Assembly (NCBI RefSeq): GCF_001194135.2
Contig: NC_068987.1
Span: 27,453,873 to 27,491,948 of the forward strand
DNA: 38,076 nt
Direction of reading: 5' to 3'
Source of the DNA: Octopus bimaculoides
Lineage: Eukaryota
The notes beneath the pieces were generated by a model. The model saw nothing but the letters and a program-made list of their open reading frames with translations, had not been told where the DNA came from and did no database searches. Positions within the stretch are counted from its first letter, which is position 1; every line of letters starts with the position of its first letter. Position numbers and translations under genes: made by a program. This document shows, in pieces, positions 12,221 to 24,135 of the stretch.

Positions 12221-12370
12221 ACTGAACATTTGAGCGATCAGCTGTTTGACATATGAGCTTGAAAAACTAATAAAAACGACTGACCAATAAACTGGTTAAC
12301 GGAGTAACTAACCCATTAACTAAGACTAACAGTAAAGGACCGAACCAGTGCGTGTGTTATTACCGGCATA
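12221..12370 (+). repeat. Diverged ~150-bp direct repeat, copy A (partner at 13208-13373)
   Basis: Shared blocks catatgag.ttgaaaaactaataaaaa, gtaactaacccatt, gaccgaa.cagtgcgtgtgtt. Confidence 0.85.
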
Positions 12371-12424
12371 ATGCCCCTTCCAAGGTTCAATAGTACAACA
12401 TAATATACTATGAATATAATATAA

Positions 12425-12626
12425 CATTAAAAAATCAAAATAGCGAACAATTTGTTTCGACTTATATACATTATTTGGTTTATAGACAACCGTCCTTTCA
12501 CATGGAATTTCGTCTGTCTATAAATCAAAGCACTGAACCGACTTATATAAATTGATGTGTATTATTTATAAATCAAATAATGTATATAAGTCGAAACAAA
12601 TTGTTCGTTATTTTGGCTTTTTAATG
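12425..12626. repeat. Foldback / MITE-like element with 60-bp inverted arms
   Basis: 12425-12484 versus reverse complement of 12567-12626: 56/60 identical, all four differences transitions. Confidence 0.9.
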
Positions 12627-12692
12627 ATTTATGTTATCATATATTATATTATTGGATTGTCATTTGGATCAATCTAATCTATTGTTTATATA

Positions 12693-12744
<52 letters not shown>

Positions 12745-12887
12745 TCTGTGTGTCTGTGTTTGTGTACGCGTGTGTGTGTACAGACATATATACATGCAAA
12801 ACTGTTGTATAGATAAGAAAACCGTTATAAACGTGAGCTAAGGACACATGACACAGGGATTATAAAACAAGTTATAATTAATGTCAG

Positions 12888-12947
12888 ATTCAAACCTCCC
12901 GTATGTGATGTTGGACAAGCTTAAAGCTTGTCTATTCATACATTGTG
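12888..12947 (+). CDS. Candidate 60-nt exon, (D)SNLPYVMLDKLKACLFIHC, phase 1 donor
   Basis: Consensus donor TG|GTGAGT at 12948; weak acceptor atgtcag| at 12887; TATAAAA at 12861 and in-frame ATG at 12908. No homology recognised. Confidence 0.2.
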
Positions 12948-13207
12948 GTGAGTGTTGCGCATTTCGCATATTAACATTAATTTACTCATTAGCATTGTAC
13001 ACCACATTTTTATTTTTCATATACTAATAATGATACTTTCATTAATACTCAAATTTGAGATTGTATCCATTTTAGATTTTTACGATATTTTTGTACTAGA
13101 ATATTGAAATGTGAAAACATTCATGATGATATGATATACGCAATTCTTATTTTCCTATCTAAAACTTTCACTTAGTGTCACACCAATATAATTGCTGTGT
13201 ACGTCTA

Positions 13208-13373
13208 ACTGACATTTGTTGAACGATTAACTGCTTGGCATATGAGTTTGAAAAACTAATAAAAAAAACGGCTGATCGATAAATTGATTAACAGAAGTAA
13301 CTAACCCATTTACTAACAATAACAATAACTGTAAAAGACCGAATCAGTGCGTGTGTTTGTTGTTACTGGCATA
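13208..13373 (+). repeat. Diverged direct repeat, copy B
   Basis: Aligns by eye to 12221-12370 with small indels. Confidence 0.85.
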
Positions 13374-13400
13374 CTGCTACTCGCATACATACATAGGTGC

Positions 13401-13432
<32 letters not shown>

Positions 13433-13436
13433 ATAT

Positions 13437-14162
13437 NNNNNNNNNNNNNNNNNNNNNNNNNNNNNNNNNNNNNNNNNNNNNNNNNNNNNNNNNNNNNNNN
13501 NNNNNNNNNNNNNNNNNNNNNNNNNNNNNNNNNNNNNNNNNNNNNNNNNNNNNNNNNNNNNNNNNNNNNNNNNNNNNNNNNNNNNNNNNNNNNNNNNNNN
13601 NNNNNNNNNNNNNNNNNNNNNNNNNNNNNNNNNNNNNNNNNNNNNNNNNNNNNNNNNNNNNNNNNNNNNNNNNNNNNNNNNNNNNNNNNNNNNNNNNNNN
13701 NNNNNNNNNNNNNNNNNNNNNNNNNNNNNNNNNNNNNNNNNNNNNNNNNNNNNNNNNNNNNNNNNNNNNNNNNNNNNNNNNNNNNNNNNNNNNNNNNNNN
13801 NNNNNNNNNNNNNNNNNNNNNNNNNNNNNNNNNNNNNNNNNNNNNNNNNNNNNNNNNNNNNNNNNNNNNNNNNNNNNNNNNNNNNNNNNNNNNNNNNNNN
13901 NNNNNNNNNNNNNNNNNNNNNNNNNNNNNNNNNNNNNNNNNNNNNNNNNNNNNNNNNNNNNNNNNNNNNNNNNNNNNNNNNNNNNNNNNNNNNNNNNNNN
14001 NNNNNNNNNNNNNNNNNNNNNNNNNNNNNNNNNNNNNNNNNNNNNNNNNNNNNNNNNNNNNNNNNNNNNNNNNNNNNNNNNNNNNNNNNNNNNNNNNNNN
14101 NNNNNNNNNNNNNNNNNNNNNNNNNNNNNNNNNNNNNNNNNNNNNNNNNNNNNNNNNNNNNN
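13437..14162. other. Assembly gap (726 N)
   Basis: N run after (TA)n. Confidence 0.99.
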
Positions 14163-14230
14163 TAGAGTCGCATAAAATGGTGAAGATAAACTTACTTGGA
14201 AATCGATGCGTGACATTTAATTAAATAATA

Positions 14231-14270
<40 letters not shown>

Positions 14271-14279
14271 CTCTATACT

Positions 14280-14730
14280 GTTTTCTTCATCTTTCACCGT
14301 TGTCTATCTGTATATCTGTCTTTCTTTCTCCTGTTTCCCTTTTCTCTTTTTCTCGTTGCTCACACGTGACCATCGTTCATCTTTCTTTTCTTCACGTGAA
14401 AATCTTTCTTTTCCTGAACGGACGTTCAAAGGGCTGGACGTTTTAATTTCTGTCTCTTCTGTGTTTTCAGTTTTCAAAGAAGATATTTCTCCCAGTTTTC
14501 ACTATTTTCCTCTCGTTCTGGTCTAACGATCGTCCATGTTAGTTTCGTTCGGTTTCCTTGCATATCTCCACACACATGTTTTTTTGTTTTCAACTTTGAC
14601 CCTCGATAAATCATAAATTTCATTTTTATTTATTAGAATGCCCGAAATGAGGAGTAGATAGATAGCCGACAACTCGTTTTTCTGTATTTAATTGTCCTGT
14701 CTTCAATCTATTTCTCTCGCTGTTTGCGTA
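14280..14730. mobile_element. Probable interspersed repeat fragment (pyrimidine-rich on +)
   Basis: Contains gaacggacgttcaaagggctggacg and gatagatagccgacaac, which I recall from common octopus repeats. No readable ORF; class uncertain. Confidence 0.4.
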
Positions 14731-17276
14731 TTTAACACGTTTGTTTATGTATTTCTTCTGTACACAGTTGGTGACGACCTGTACCCCTATATCCATATAT
14801 ATATATAAATGTATATATATTTACATATACATATATATATATATACATATATAAACACATATATATACGTATATATCCGTTTATATATCTATATGTTTGT
14901 ATGTATATATATACATACACACACATACAAACACAAACACACAATCACACACACACACACAGACACACACACACACACATACACACACACACATACCCAT
15001 ATATATATATGCGTTTGTGTGTCTGTGTGTGCCCGTATGTATACATGAATACATTTCAATTTCACTATTTTAAGCATTTAAAAATAAGGAAAACGTAAAA
15101 ATCTCTTTTCACTTATTTCTTGACTTGTCAAAATTTTTGTCATATACTATAAACTGGTCAGTATCACAGTTCATCTGCAGCTCTTGTACAACGTCTTTTT
15201 TAAATGACAACCGTGACAGTTTTAGAACGGCTGCAAGGATTTTGAAAATAGTCTGGTTACGAAATTCGTAAATTGCTCGCATTGTTGAAACCAATTAATG
15301 TCGAGTTGGTCATGTTTCTGGCCCAAGTCGATATTTATTATATTGTGTGTTATATGCATAACACACAATTGTGAACCAAGTATCATTGATGCACGCAACC
15401 ACATAAAAGACAAAAGCATATATATAGGTGGTGTGTGTACGTGCGTATACATAAGTGCGTTTTCATATGTATGAATGTATAAATAAAAAGAAATGGACCA
15501 TGCCGCGGATTGGACTGTGAGTGTGCAAATCATTCAATCAACAAAACTGTTTTCTCTTTGAAGAATAATGTAAGATGCTGAGTATATGATAGGCAGTATT
15601 ATTCTAGACGCAATTCTAAAGGAAAATTAGTGGAGAAAAGTGTGTGAAAGTGTTGGTTCTCTGCAGTACAGCTACATTCCACTGTACGGGTTTTACAGTC
15701 ACGGTCCGTGCAATTTCACACATAAGGCTGGAATGAATTTGATATGATACGAAAGAGATTTATATCAAGTCTCAAAACTCATAATGGTGAAGCTGGTTTG
15801 CGTTGCGTTTGTCAAAATATATGTATTCATTCATGTACGTATATGTGTGTACGTGAAACAGTTGACGTGTGTATGCATACACACACACGCTCGCATATAT
15901 CTGTACACACATATACATGCATATATACATTAATGCATATAAACGTAACACACACACACACACACTCATACACAGAGAGAGAGATATAGGATACACGCGC
16001 ATACACACATAGATAGATATAGAATACACATACATAACACAGACACACGCATAGCTTTGTTTTATCTTATGCAAAACGTTTACATATGGGTGTTAAGCTT
16101 CGATGTAGTAATGTGGTTTATACATCGTAGTGGCGGATATTATGAGTAAATGCCTGGGTATCAAAAGAATATAAAATAAAATTGATGCCTTGTTGGTCGT
16201 CTCGGTTGTAATGTCTAACCGTATAGAAATCCAAGTGACAGAGATAGATGACTCTAAAAAATACATAGATTTATAAATTAGCAGACAGCGGAAATAGATA
16301 TCTTTATTTTCATAGTGGTAAATTATTCATTGTGTGAAAATATTTTCTCACTGTGTTATACCAGTGCACACAATTCACCCCCCCCCCACACACACACGCA
16401 CACAAACAAGTATGCATATGTACATATTTATATACGTGCATATACATGCATATACATGCATATAGAGACACAGACAGAATTACGCACACACTTCTTTTCG
16501 AGACTTAGTTTTTTCTACGCACTATTTTCTTTACATATATCTAAGCTACATATTGTATCACCTCGAAAATTCTTCCCTAAACTTTGAACAATATAATATA
16601 TATAATAGGGTACATTAAAACTTTATGACACAAATCACCGGTAAATATATCAGAACCTATGTACTAGTACTAAAACCTGTTATATATTTTATTGATATCG
16701 AAATATAACTTGGTTACTTTGATATATAATACAGCAGTTAAGTTGATACGGTAAGTATAAGCTAAAAGAAATATTCAAATTTTATTTTTCTAATTGTGTT
16801 TTAGTATTTTTATGTTGTAATTTTGTAAGAATATAAAGTTATAAAACATTTAAATCTTTGTCACAGTTGTGAGTAATTCGAAGCTAAGATCGATATTTGA
16901 ATAGTTGCAGCTTGAGTTAACGGTTTGCTGCTGCCCTTATCAACATTATAAGATATGTTATAAAACATATCCTAAAAAAATTGATATTACTTTGGAAGAC
17001 GATTGAAAATATAAAGACATGAATAGCAATTCTTCTTATATATTACTGCATAAGATTAAATTGATATTTTGTCATATCCATCTGGCTTAATCTTTAAACG
17101 ACCCCCAAAAGAAAACGATTGTTTGTGATATTCTCTGATTCTGAATCGGTAGGCTTAGTTATTGAAAGAGTAAAAATAAGATATAAAAGTAACAAAAAGA
17201 ATCCCACGGAAAATGTTGCTACAAACGAAAATGTCAAGAAGCACAATAACGACATCTCATTTTATGTATTTTTCAG

Positions 17277-17398
17277 CCTCTGAAAATAACAGCTTACAAG
17301 AGGATTTAGAGAAATCGAATGTATATAGAAGACAGCTGCTATCAAGAAAATTCTTATGTCGTTTTGCCAAGCCACCCGTTTCTTGTGTGACCATATAA
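17277..17398 (+). CDS. Candidate terminal coding exon, (A)SENNSLQEDLEKSNVYRRQLLSRKFLCRFAKPPVSCVTI*
   Basis: Strong acceptor cattttatgtatttttcag|; 40 open codons in phase 1; U-rich downstream sequence; AATAAA at 18176. No recognised homologue. Confidence 0.33.
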
Positions 17399-18602
17399 AA
17401 TTTTGCCATATATCTTTGTTTTCTTTTCTAATTTCGCTTGGTTTCTTAATTGTTCAACCTATTTTTTTTTCGCTCTGTTTTCTTAGCTACACTCTTTGTT
17501 AGATGCAACAGCTGCCATAGAATGTAGTATATTCGCATTGCTGATTGATGTCTCATTTGTTTTTGCTACTGTAGTTTCTTACTGGCGAACCTGAAGTAAA
17601 CTGCTAAACTATATATTTGCAGATCAATGAATGAAAGAAATCAATCAGATTGGGATTGGAACCAAAAGTAATACATTTGCAAGTAGATGGGAGATCAGGC
17701 TAAAATGATCAAAAGAAATATTTCCAGGATATTAACATTTTACTACCCTTTATTGATAATTCCCTTAACCTTGCCATGTATATCTGTTTACATTTTTTAA
17801 TTAGCACAGCTGGGCCATCGATAAAATCTCTCTAACAGGTAACATAATTTGATACATGTCACCCATTTATCAAACAAGAAACATTGGGAGTAATTTAAAG
17901 AATTAGAGTGAAACGGAATATATCAGCATAAAATCGGAAACACATGCGGCGACAAATATTTGCTGTCATATCGTTCGTATTTGTGTAGCGTGTCGGACAA
18001 AAATAGAAAGCCTATGCAATGATAAATCTACATCTATATAATAGTTAGGATGAGTGTCTGTATAGAGGCATTCAATCGATATATTTTGACCACATTATAT
18101 CTATTTAGCTTTCGATGAATTAAATATGTTAACTTAAATATTGGTTGCCTCCTCTGAATTATTTAATGGCTATGCAATAAAATTTTCTTTCAATAGATGT
18201 ACAAACATGTTCATTCATTTGTTCAATGTTTTCTGAGTACTTCATTAAGTTTGATGAAGAATGTGATTCGCTGATGGCGTCAGAATAATGATGAAAAATA
18301 TTTACAGTTACAACTCGTACATGGGGGAAGCGAAATAATATTAGTCATAGACTAACTTGATTTCTACTTACACCAAAATTATACTTAGCTTCCTAATACA
18401 AAAGGTGATGCGCGCGCACGTGTGTGTATATTGCTTACTTCATGAGAAGTGAAATAATTCGTTTTTAACAATGGAACCAGAAATATATAAAGCTATAAAT
18501 ATTAGCGTGTAAATACTGACTGAAAAGCCTTTGGCCAGAAAAGACAGGTGTATCATGAAAATCATGTTCCCCCAAATTGTGATCGGTTTTGTGTGTCTCC
18601 AG

Positions 18603-18650
18603 TGACGTCATCATCATGCCGCCCAAAATCGTAGAACAGAGTCATGTGAC
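18603..18650. promoter_or_regulatory. Compact motif cluster: CRE, GC-box and M-box-like site
   Basis: TGACGTCA 18603-18610, CCGCCC 18619-18624, AGTCATGTGAC 18640-18650. Confidence 0.3.
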
Positions 18651-18918
18651 AATAAAAAAGGGAGATATGAATGATATAATAATTGTTTATATAAGTGTTG
18701 TGGATAATTATTGTTTATTATTCTATGGAAGAATAATGTTATCATTTAGTTGTAGTTCACTCATATTAAACATGCTAAAACATATCCCCGTTAGTAAGAT
18801 AACGAGATGTGGAGATAACGAAAGCTGCTACAAAATTTTTCATTTTCCTAAGAATGAGCCCAAGTAAACATTTTAGAATAGTAATTAATTGGAAAGCGAG
18901 AATCGTGTATCACTGATG

Positions 18919-18919
<1 letters not shown>

Positions 18920-18949
<30 letters not shown>

Positions 18950-18976
18950 CATGCATACATACCTACATACATACAT

Positions 18977-19025
<49 letters not shown>

Positions 19026-19047
19026 CGCACACACACATATATATATA
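18920..19047. repeat. (ATAC)n / (AC)n / (AT)n compound microsatellite
   Basis: Directly visible. Confidence 0.95.
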
Positions 19048-19863
19048 TGAACATCCACACAGAGAAAGGTGAGTAAATGACAAATGAGAATGAGAAATGA
19101 GATTACGAAAATAGAGGATAAATTATCGCAATTGTGCATAATTGTAAAAAGTGCCAAATAATTTTATATATAATGCAATTTCATAGTAAATTTAGGTTAA
19201 GTATGCAAAGGAGTACAGAAATCGAATAAAATATTTGTTATGAATTAGGAAATGAGTATATGATCTTATATAATAATTACATATGAGCTTATACATACAT
19301 ACATATATCTCGGACACGGAAGCAGTTACCAGTAAATTTGTTTATCCTCATTCTGCCCCATTCAGATTAAACAGTTATATACATATGTAAATTCATAATT
19401 ACACATATATAGGAATAGATATACATGCACACACACACATCCGCTCACACAGCGGACTTGAAAATATATACCGGGTTTAGTATGATCGATTGTCACCGTT
19501 AAATATGATGCCCCAGATGAATCATATTGCATGAAATGAAAAAATACCAGTAACACACACATACGCGCGCTCACACACACACAAACACACATACACACAA
19601 ACATACACAGAACTAAGTGTGAACCTATTTGCACATGTGCAAGGAGTGGTTCATAATAATTATTTACACTTCTGACTGGTTTGCGTAATATCCTAAACTT
19701 CATTAATTATCTTCTATCTTGTATTGTAATCTTTTGGTTTTTCTTGCATATTGCTATCTCTTTAAAGAATTCTTTTTCCACAGAAATCGATTACCTATGT
19801 ACAATATTCGTAAACAGAACTCCAGTACACAGATGAAACACTCCTCTGCTTCAATATATATAT

Positions 19864-19910
<47 letters not shown>

Positions 19911-20366
19911 CATCTTTAACTATCTATATACAGGTACCCCTTCCCACCAGACGTATGTGTGTGTTTGTGCTTGTGCGTGTCAATAGTTTCTTCTAGAACT
20001 CAGGATCTATAGATTAATTTCTCACCTTAATATATTAACTATAATGATTTAATTAAATGATATTGAATCTCCTCAGAAAGTTCGACCCCAGTTTATCGCC
20101 TAAGTGATATGCGATTATCTTGATTACGTTATTTGATCACTCAGCTATGTGTATAGTTACTCTCAATTTTAGTACATATGTAAATATGCCGGATGTACGA
20201 CTCGTTATCAATGGGTGAACTCTTTACATATTTGTTGCTTTTTATTCAAGAGCTTAATGGAAGGCAGTCGACAATAAAAGAAAGAAGTTCTCTCTGTATA
20301 AATGTTTGCTAAAATATCAGTAGTACTAATGACATCTTCGTGGCAAATATTTCACGCTGAAATCAA

Positions 20367-20584
20367 AGCGACGATCTGACAGAGTCGTTAGCATGCCAGG
20401 AAGAATGCTAAGTGGTATTTCATTCGTCCTTACGTTCTGAGTTTAAATTTCATCGAGGTCGGATTTTTTTTACATCCCTTCAGGGTCAATAAATTAAATA
20501 CCAGTTGAAGACTGTGGGTTGATGTAATCGCCTTACTCCGTCCTCCTAAATTTCTAGCCCGGCGTCAACATTTGAAACTATTAT
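20367..20584 (+). mobile_element. Family A SINE, full length, diverged
   Basis: gacagagtcgttagcatgccagg...tacgttctgagtttaaatt...gaggtcgga...tttgaaactatt. Confidence 0.88.
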
Positions 20585-20674
20585 CACGAATTTCAATAAT
20601 GAGTACCTCGCAGAATTCAATGCTTAATAGTATCACCAAGATGATACCAAAGCATTTTATACTATTTACAGTAG

Positions 20675-20742
20675 GTGGCATTTCGTACATGTTTACGTTG
20701 TGAGTTCAAATTCCACCGTAATCACCTTTGCATTTCAACCTT
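20675..20742 (+). mobile_element. Family A SINE fragment ending at an (ATAC)n tract
   Basis: ggcatttcgtacatgtttacgttgtgagttcaaattccacc...ctttgcatttca. Confidence 0.65.
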
Positions 20743-20747
20743 ATACA

Positions 20748-20778
<31 letters not shown>

Positions 20779-20794
20779 TATACACGCCTATTGT

Positions 20795-21085
20795 GTAAGA
20801 TGTTACTCACGATCGCGAGATCGTGGTTTGAATTCCTAGACAGGGTGGTGCGTTGTGTTCTTGAGCAAAATACTTAATCTCACGTTGCTATGCGATCACT
20901 TTGACACCTAACGCGTGGTACACCATGCACCTAACCAGGCAAAATGGATTTTGCCTGGTTAGGTGATGGAGGGAGAGCCCTAATGTACAATAGATACATA
21001 TGAACACAATAAACAAATCATTTGTGCGGATCGTTCGGCAAAGACTGAACGCTTATACGTCGCTTTTGACAAGAGTGTTCATTAT
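20795..21085 (+). mobile_element. tRNA-derived SINE (family B) containing an 18-bp perfect hairpin
   Basis: gatcgtggtttgaattcct (B-box-like), then gcgttgtgttcttgagcaaaatactt, shared with the copy at 23092. Confidence 0.75.
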
Positions 21086-21322
21086 ATACATATAATGTAT
21101 GTATAATACAGATAAAAACGCACTCACACACTGGCACAAACAATCATGAATTTGTGATAGTCACGAACAGCCACGTCAAGTGCAAAATTCATAGTTGACT
21201 AAAATTTTGATATAAGAAATTTGTCTATTCACTGTACAAAGTGTAATAAGTTCTCTTTCTGGTAATGCAGAAACTACGTATAATATAATTTTGATATATA
21301 TTTAAACCCTTATATTACAACA

Positions 21323-21441
<119 letters not shown>

Positions 21442-22574
21442 CTCTGCCTCCTCTCATAATATTCTGGACGAGAGACAGAATTAGATATGCGAAATATTTA
21501 AAAAAGTCAAAAATTTAGCGGTTTAGATATTTTGTATGTATTTCTTATAGTGTAAGAGAACACAATGCAAGGTGATTACAATTTGAATATTCTAGGTTGT
21601 ACACCTGGCATTGGTTAAAAACCGGCAACAATCTCCAATACGATCAAAAGAGTGAACATCCACGCGTTGTATCGATTTATTAGATATTTTGACCAAATTT
21701 CATCAGAAAAAAATCATCGAAACTATTTATAATAAGAATGATTACTGTCTAGAAATCGTGGTTCAAGAAAATGTAAATGAAAGTAATCGTAAAAACATTA
21801 GAACAAAATGCGCACTGTTTACACAATAGCTGGACAGACAGAAAAATGCTCAATAAACTAAACTCGACATGTATTATCCATAACGACAAACCTAATATCA
21901 AAATATATTACAAAACCATCTGAAAATTTTTGTAGCACGAAACACCGAACGGATAAATCACAGAATGTACATCTAAACTGTCAACGTAATGTAATTTATA
22001 AATTCCAATGCAATCAGAAAACTTGTAAACTTCAAGAATAGAATGATGCAATGGTCAAATAGATACAAAACATTCATGTTGTTTTCGACCGAGTCATAGT
22101 AACACTTTACATAACAGCATATGAAAAAAAAATGTTAAAGAAAAGAGTAGTCGACAACAAAACTAATGTATAATGAATTTCACAAAGAATGACAAGTATG
22201 TAAGTGATGTTACTTCGTTTATTGCTATTTGATTAATATATGCCAAAATATTAAAACAAAGTAACGAAAAGTAATAGCTACGAAAACTATCGGAGTAATT
22301 TTCCGATCCGGAGAGGTAAAAAAAAAACGGACGCCCCAACACCCCTATGACTGCTCCCACACGAGGGTGAAAATTGGTGGAATATCGCCAGTCGGGAAAT
22401 GATTTGTATTCTAGATAATACTAAGATAGTTTCAGGGATAACGAACAAATTGATTTAGGAAAATTAGTATCTTAAATGGAACATAGTCCTATCTTGAATT
22501 TAACAAAGTTGAAAATGAAACTGTTCTGTAATATATGCATACAAGCACATCTACAGAAACATATATTTACCTGC

Positions 22575-22755
22575 AAACACACACACACACACACACACAA
22601 ACACACAGAGACACACACACAGACACACACACACATACACACACAGACACACACACACATACACACACACACACAATCATAAACACACATACACACGCAC
22701 TCACTCACACACAAACATTGCCACACAAATACAGAAACAGGCACACACGCACACA
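22575..22755. repeat. Degenerate (CA)n region
   Basis: Directly visible. Confidence 0.9.
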
Positions 22756-23091
22756 CTTATATATGTATATGGAATAATAATATCAATGCTCTTTGGATTG
22801 AATTTATAAACATTTAATGCATCGATACGTGTGTTTCAACAAATCACATGTGTCTTATGATCACGGTCCGTATTCCTGAAATGGTTACAGGGATGACTGG
22901 TTCACCAGTCAGTATCATTAGACTGTGGCCGGTATAATGGAATAAGGGCTTTATTTGCATATTCAAAACGTTTCCTATAAACAAATTCAAAACATATATA
23001 TGCATGTATATGTATATATATATATATATATATCGCTGTATGAATGTATGTGTGAAGATATATATGCACATATCTATATATGCGTATGTGT

Positions 23092-23325
23092 GGAGGAGCG
23101 TGGATCAAAGATCAGGGTGTTGGACATATGATCGTAAGATTTTGGTTTCGATTCATGAAGAGGGCGTTACGCTGTGTTTTTGAGCAAAATACCTCACTTC
23201 ACTTTTCTCCAGGCCATTCAGCTGGCAAAAAATGAGTAAACTTGTTATGGACCTGCATCGTGTCCATGTGGAGGTATATGCGCCATGGAAAGCGGGCCAA
23301 TGACTCTATATGACCCGGGAAGGAT
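23092..23325 (+). mobile_element. tRNA-derived SINE (family B-related)
   Basis: ggaggagcgtgg...agggtgttgga...gatcgtaagattttggtttcgattc...gctgtgtttttgagcaaaatac...cagctggcaaaaaatgagta. Confidence 0.8.
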
Positions 23326-23344
23326 TGTTATTCTTTATATACAT

Positions 23345-24135
23345 ATTTTGTAGACAATGACGAAAAACGGCATACAGAAGAAACACATTTTAATAAATAT
23401 TGTATTAGTCTAATGCTTAACAAGAAAGATTCATAACATTTCGGACGAAGGGCCTTTATCAGAAGAAATTTTTAGAAAATGTAAATAGTGTGAAAGAGGG
23501 AAAGTGGTTGGAAAAACAAAAACGCGTGAAGATTTAGCGGACATGTGAGAATGTGATTCTATGGAGGCGACTTAATATGATCGCAAGGGAGGTGGTTGTG
23601 GCAGTATTGGGATATATTCGTGTTTCGAGATAGGTGTAAGGTGTAGTCTTTTGTGAATGGTCATGGGAATGTATATGTGTGTAGAAATGTGAATGAGCGG
23701 AAGTATAGAATCATGGACTACAGAGGGGTGCCGGTATATATGCGTGTGTAATCGGTGTGTTTAACGAAAGCGCTGAATTAAGAAGGTGGGAACTCCTGCC
23801 CGTAAAAGTTAAAAGGAATAGCGAGAGTAACGTGAAGTATAATAATTTACATGTGAGATGATATTCCTCGAAGTTGTTATGAACAAAAGAGGAGAAAGAA
23901 GGACAATACAATACTAGACAAAGAAAAAAACATAGTTCTGCAAGGGAAGAATTTTGTGAGGCACGTGGATTGCAAGCGAAATTCGTTGGAGACGAATGGA
24001 AAACAGAATCGTGAGAGGTAAGTGGAATGAAAAAACTTTTTTAAAAATGAGAAAAACGAGGAAGGGATTTCGGAAAGAAAAATACTGAAAGGAAATGAAG
24101 AAGATATGGTGGAAAATAGAGCAATATTGGAGAAA
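23345..24135 (-). mobile_element. Probable Penelope-like element terminal repeat (pLTR) remnant
   Basis: C/T-rich minus strand ending in ttcttCTGATAAAGGCCCTTCGTCCGAAATGTTATGAA, resembling the PLE terminal hammerhead motif. No protein remnant readable. Confidence 0.5.
23430..23467 (-). ncRNA. Degenerate minimal type I hammerhead ribozyme motif
   Basis: CUGAUAA-A-GG..CC-GAAA-UGUU with 4/5-bp stem I (uucuu/augaa). G8 is changed to A, so probably inactive. Confidence 0.45.

Noticed and set aside
13313-14224. Long 270-360 aa ORFs (also 26779-27861 and 30758-31866)
   Set aside because: They run through N gaps and contain only X residues plus microsatellite.
15109-15294. IFKILAAVLKL resembling the myosin motor IFKILAAILHLGN motif
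   Set aside because: The conserved HLGN is absent, flanks do not match and no splice sites fit.
17944-17988. MRRQIFAVISFVFV signal-peptide-like start
   Set aside because: Terminates at an in-frame TAG with no credible donor.
18589-18867. 92-aa ORF with Ig-like opening PPKIVEQSHVTIKKGD after a good acceptor
   Set aside because: No Ig B-strand Cys or C-strand Trp follows; the remainder is AT-rich noise.
22820-22875. Very degenerate hammerhead-like strings (minus strand here; plus strand near 30692)
   Set aside because: Several core nucleotides are wrong and stems I and II do not pair.
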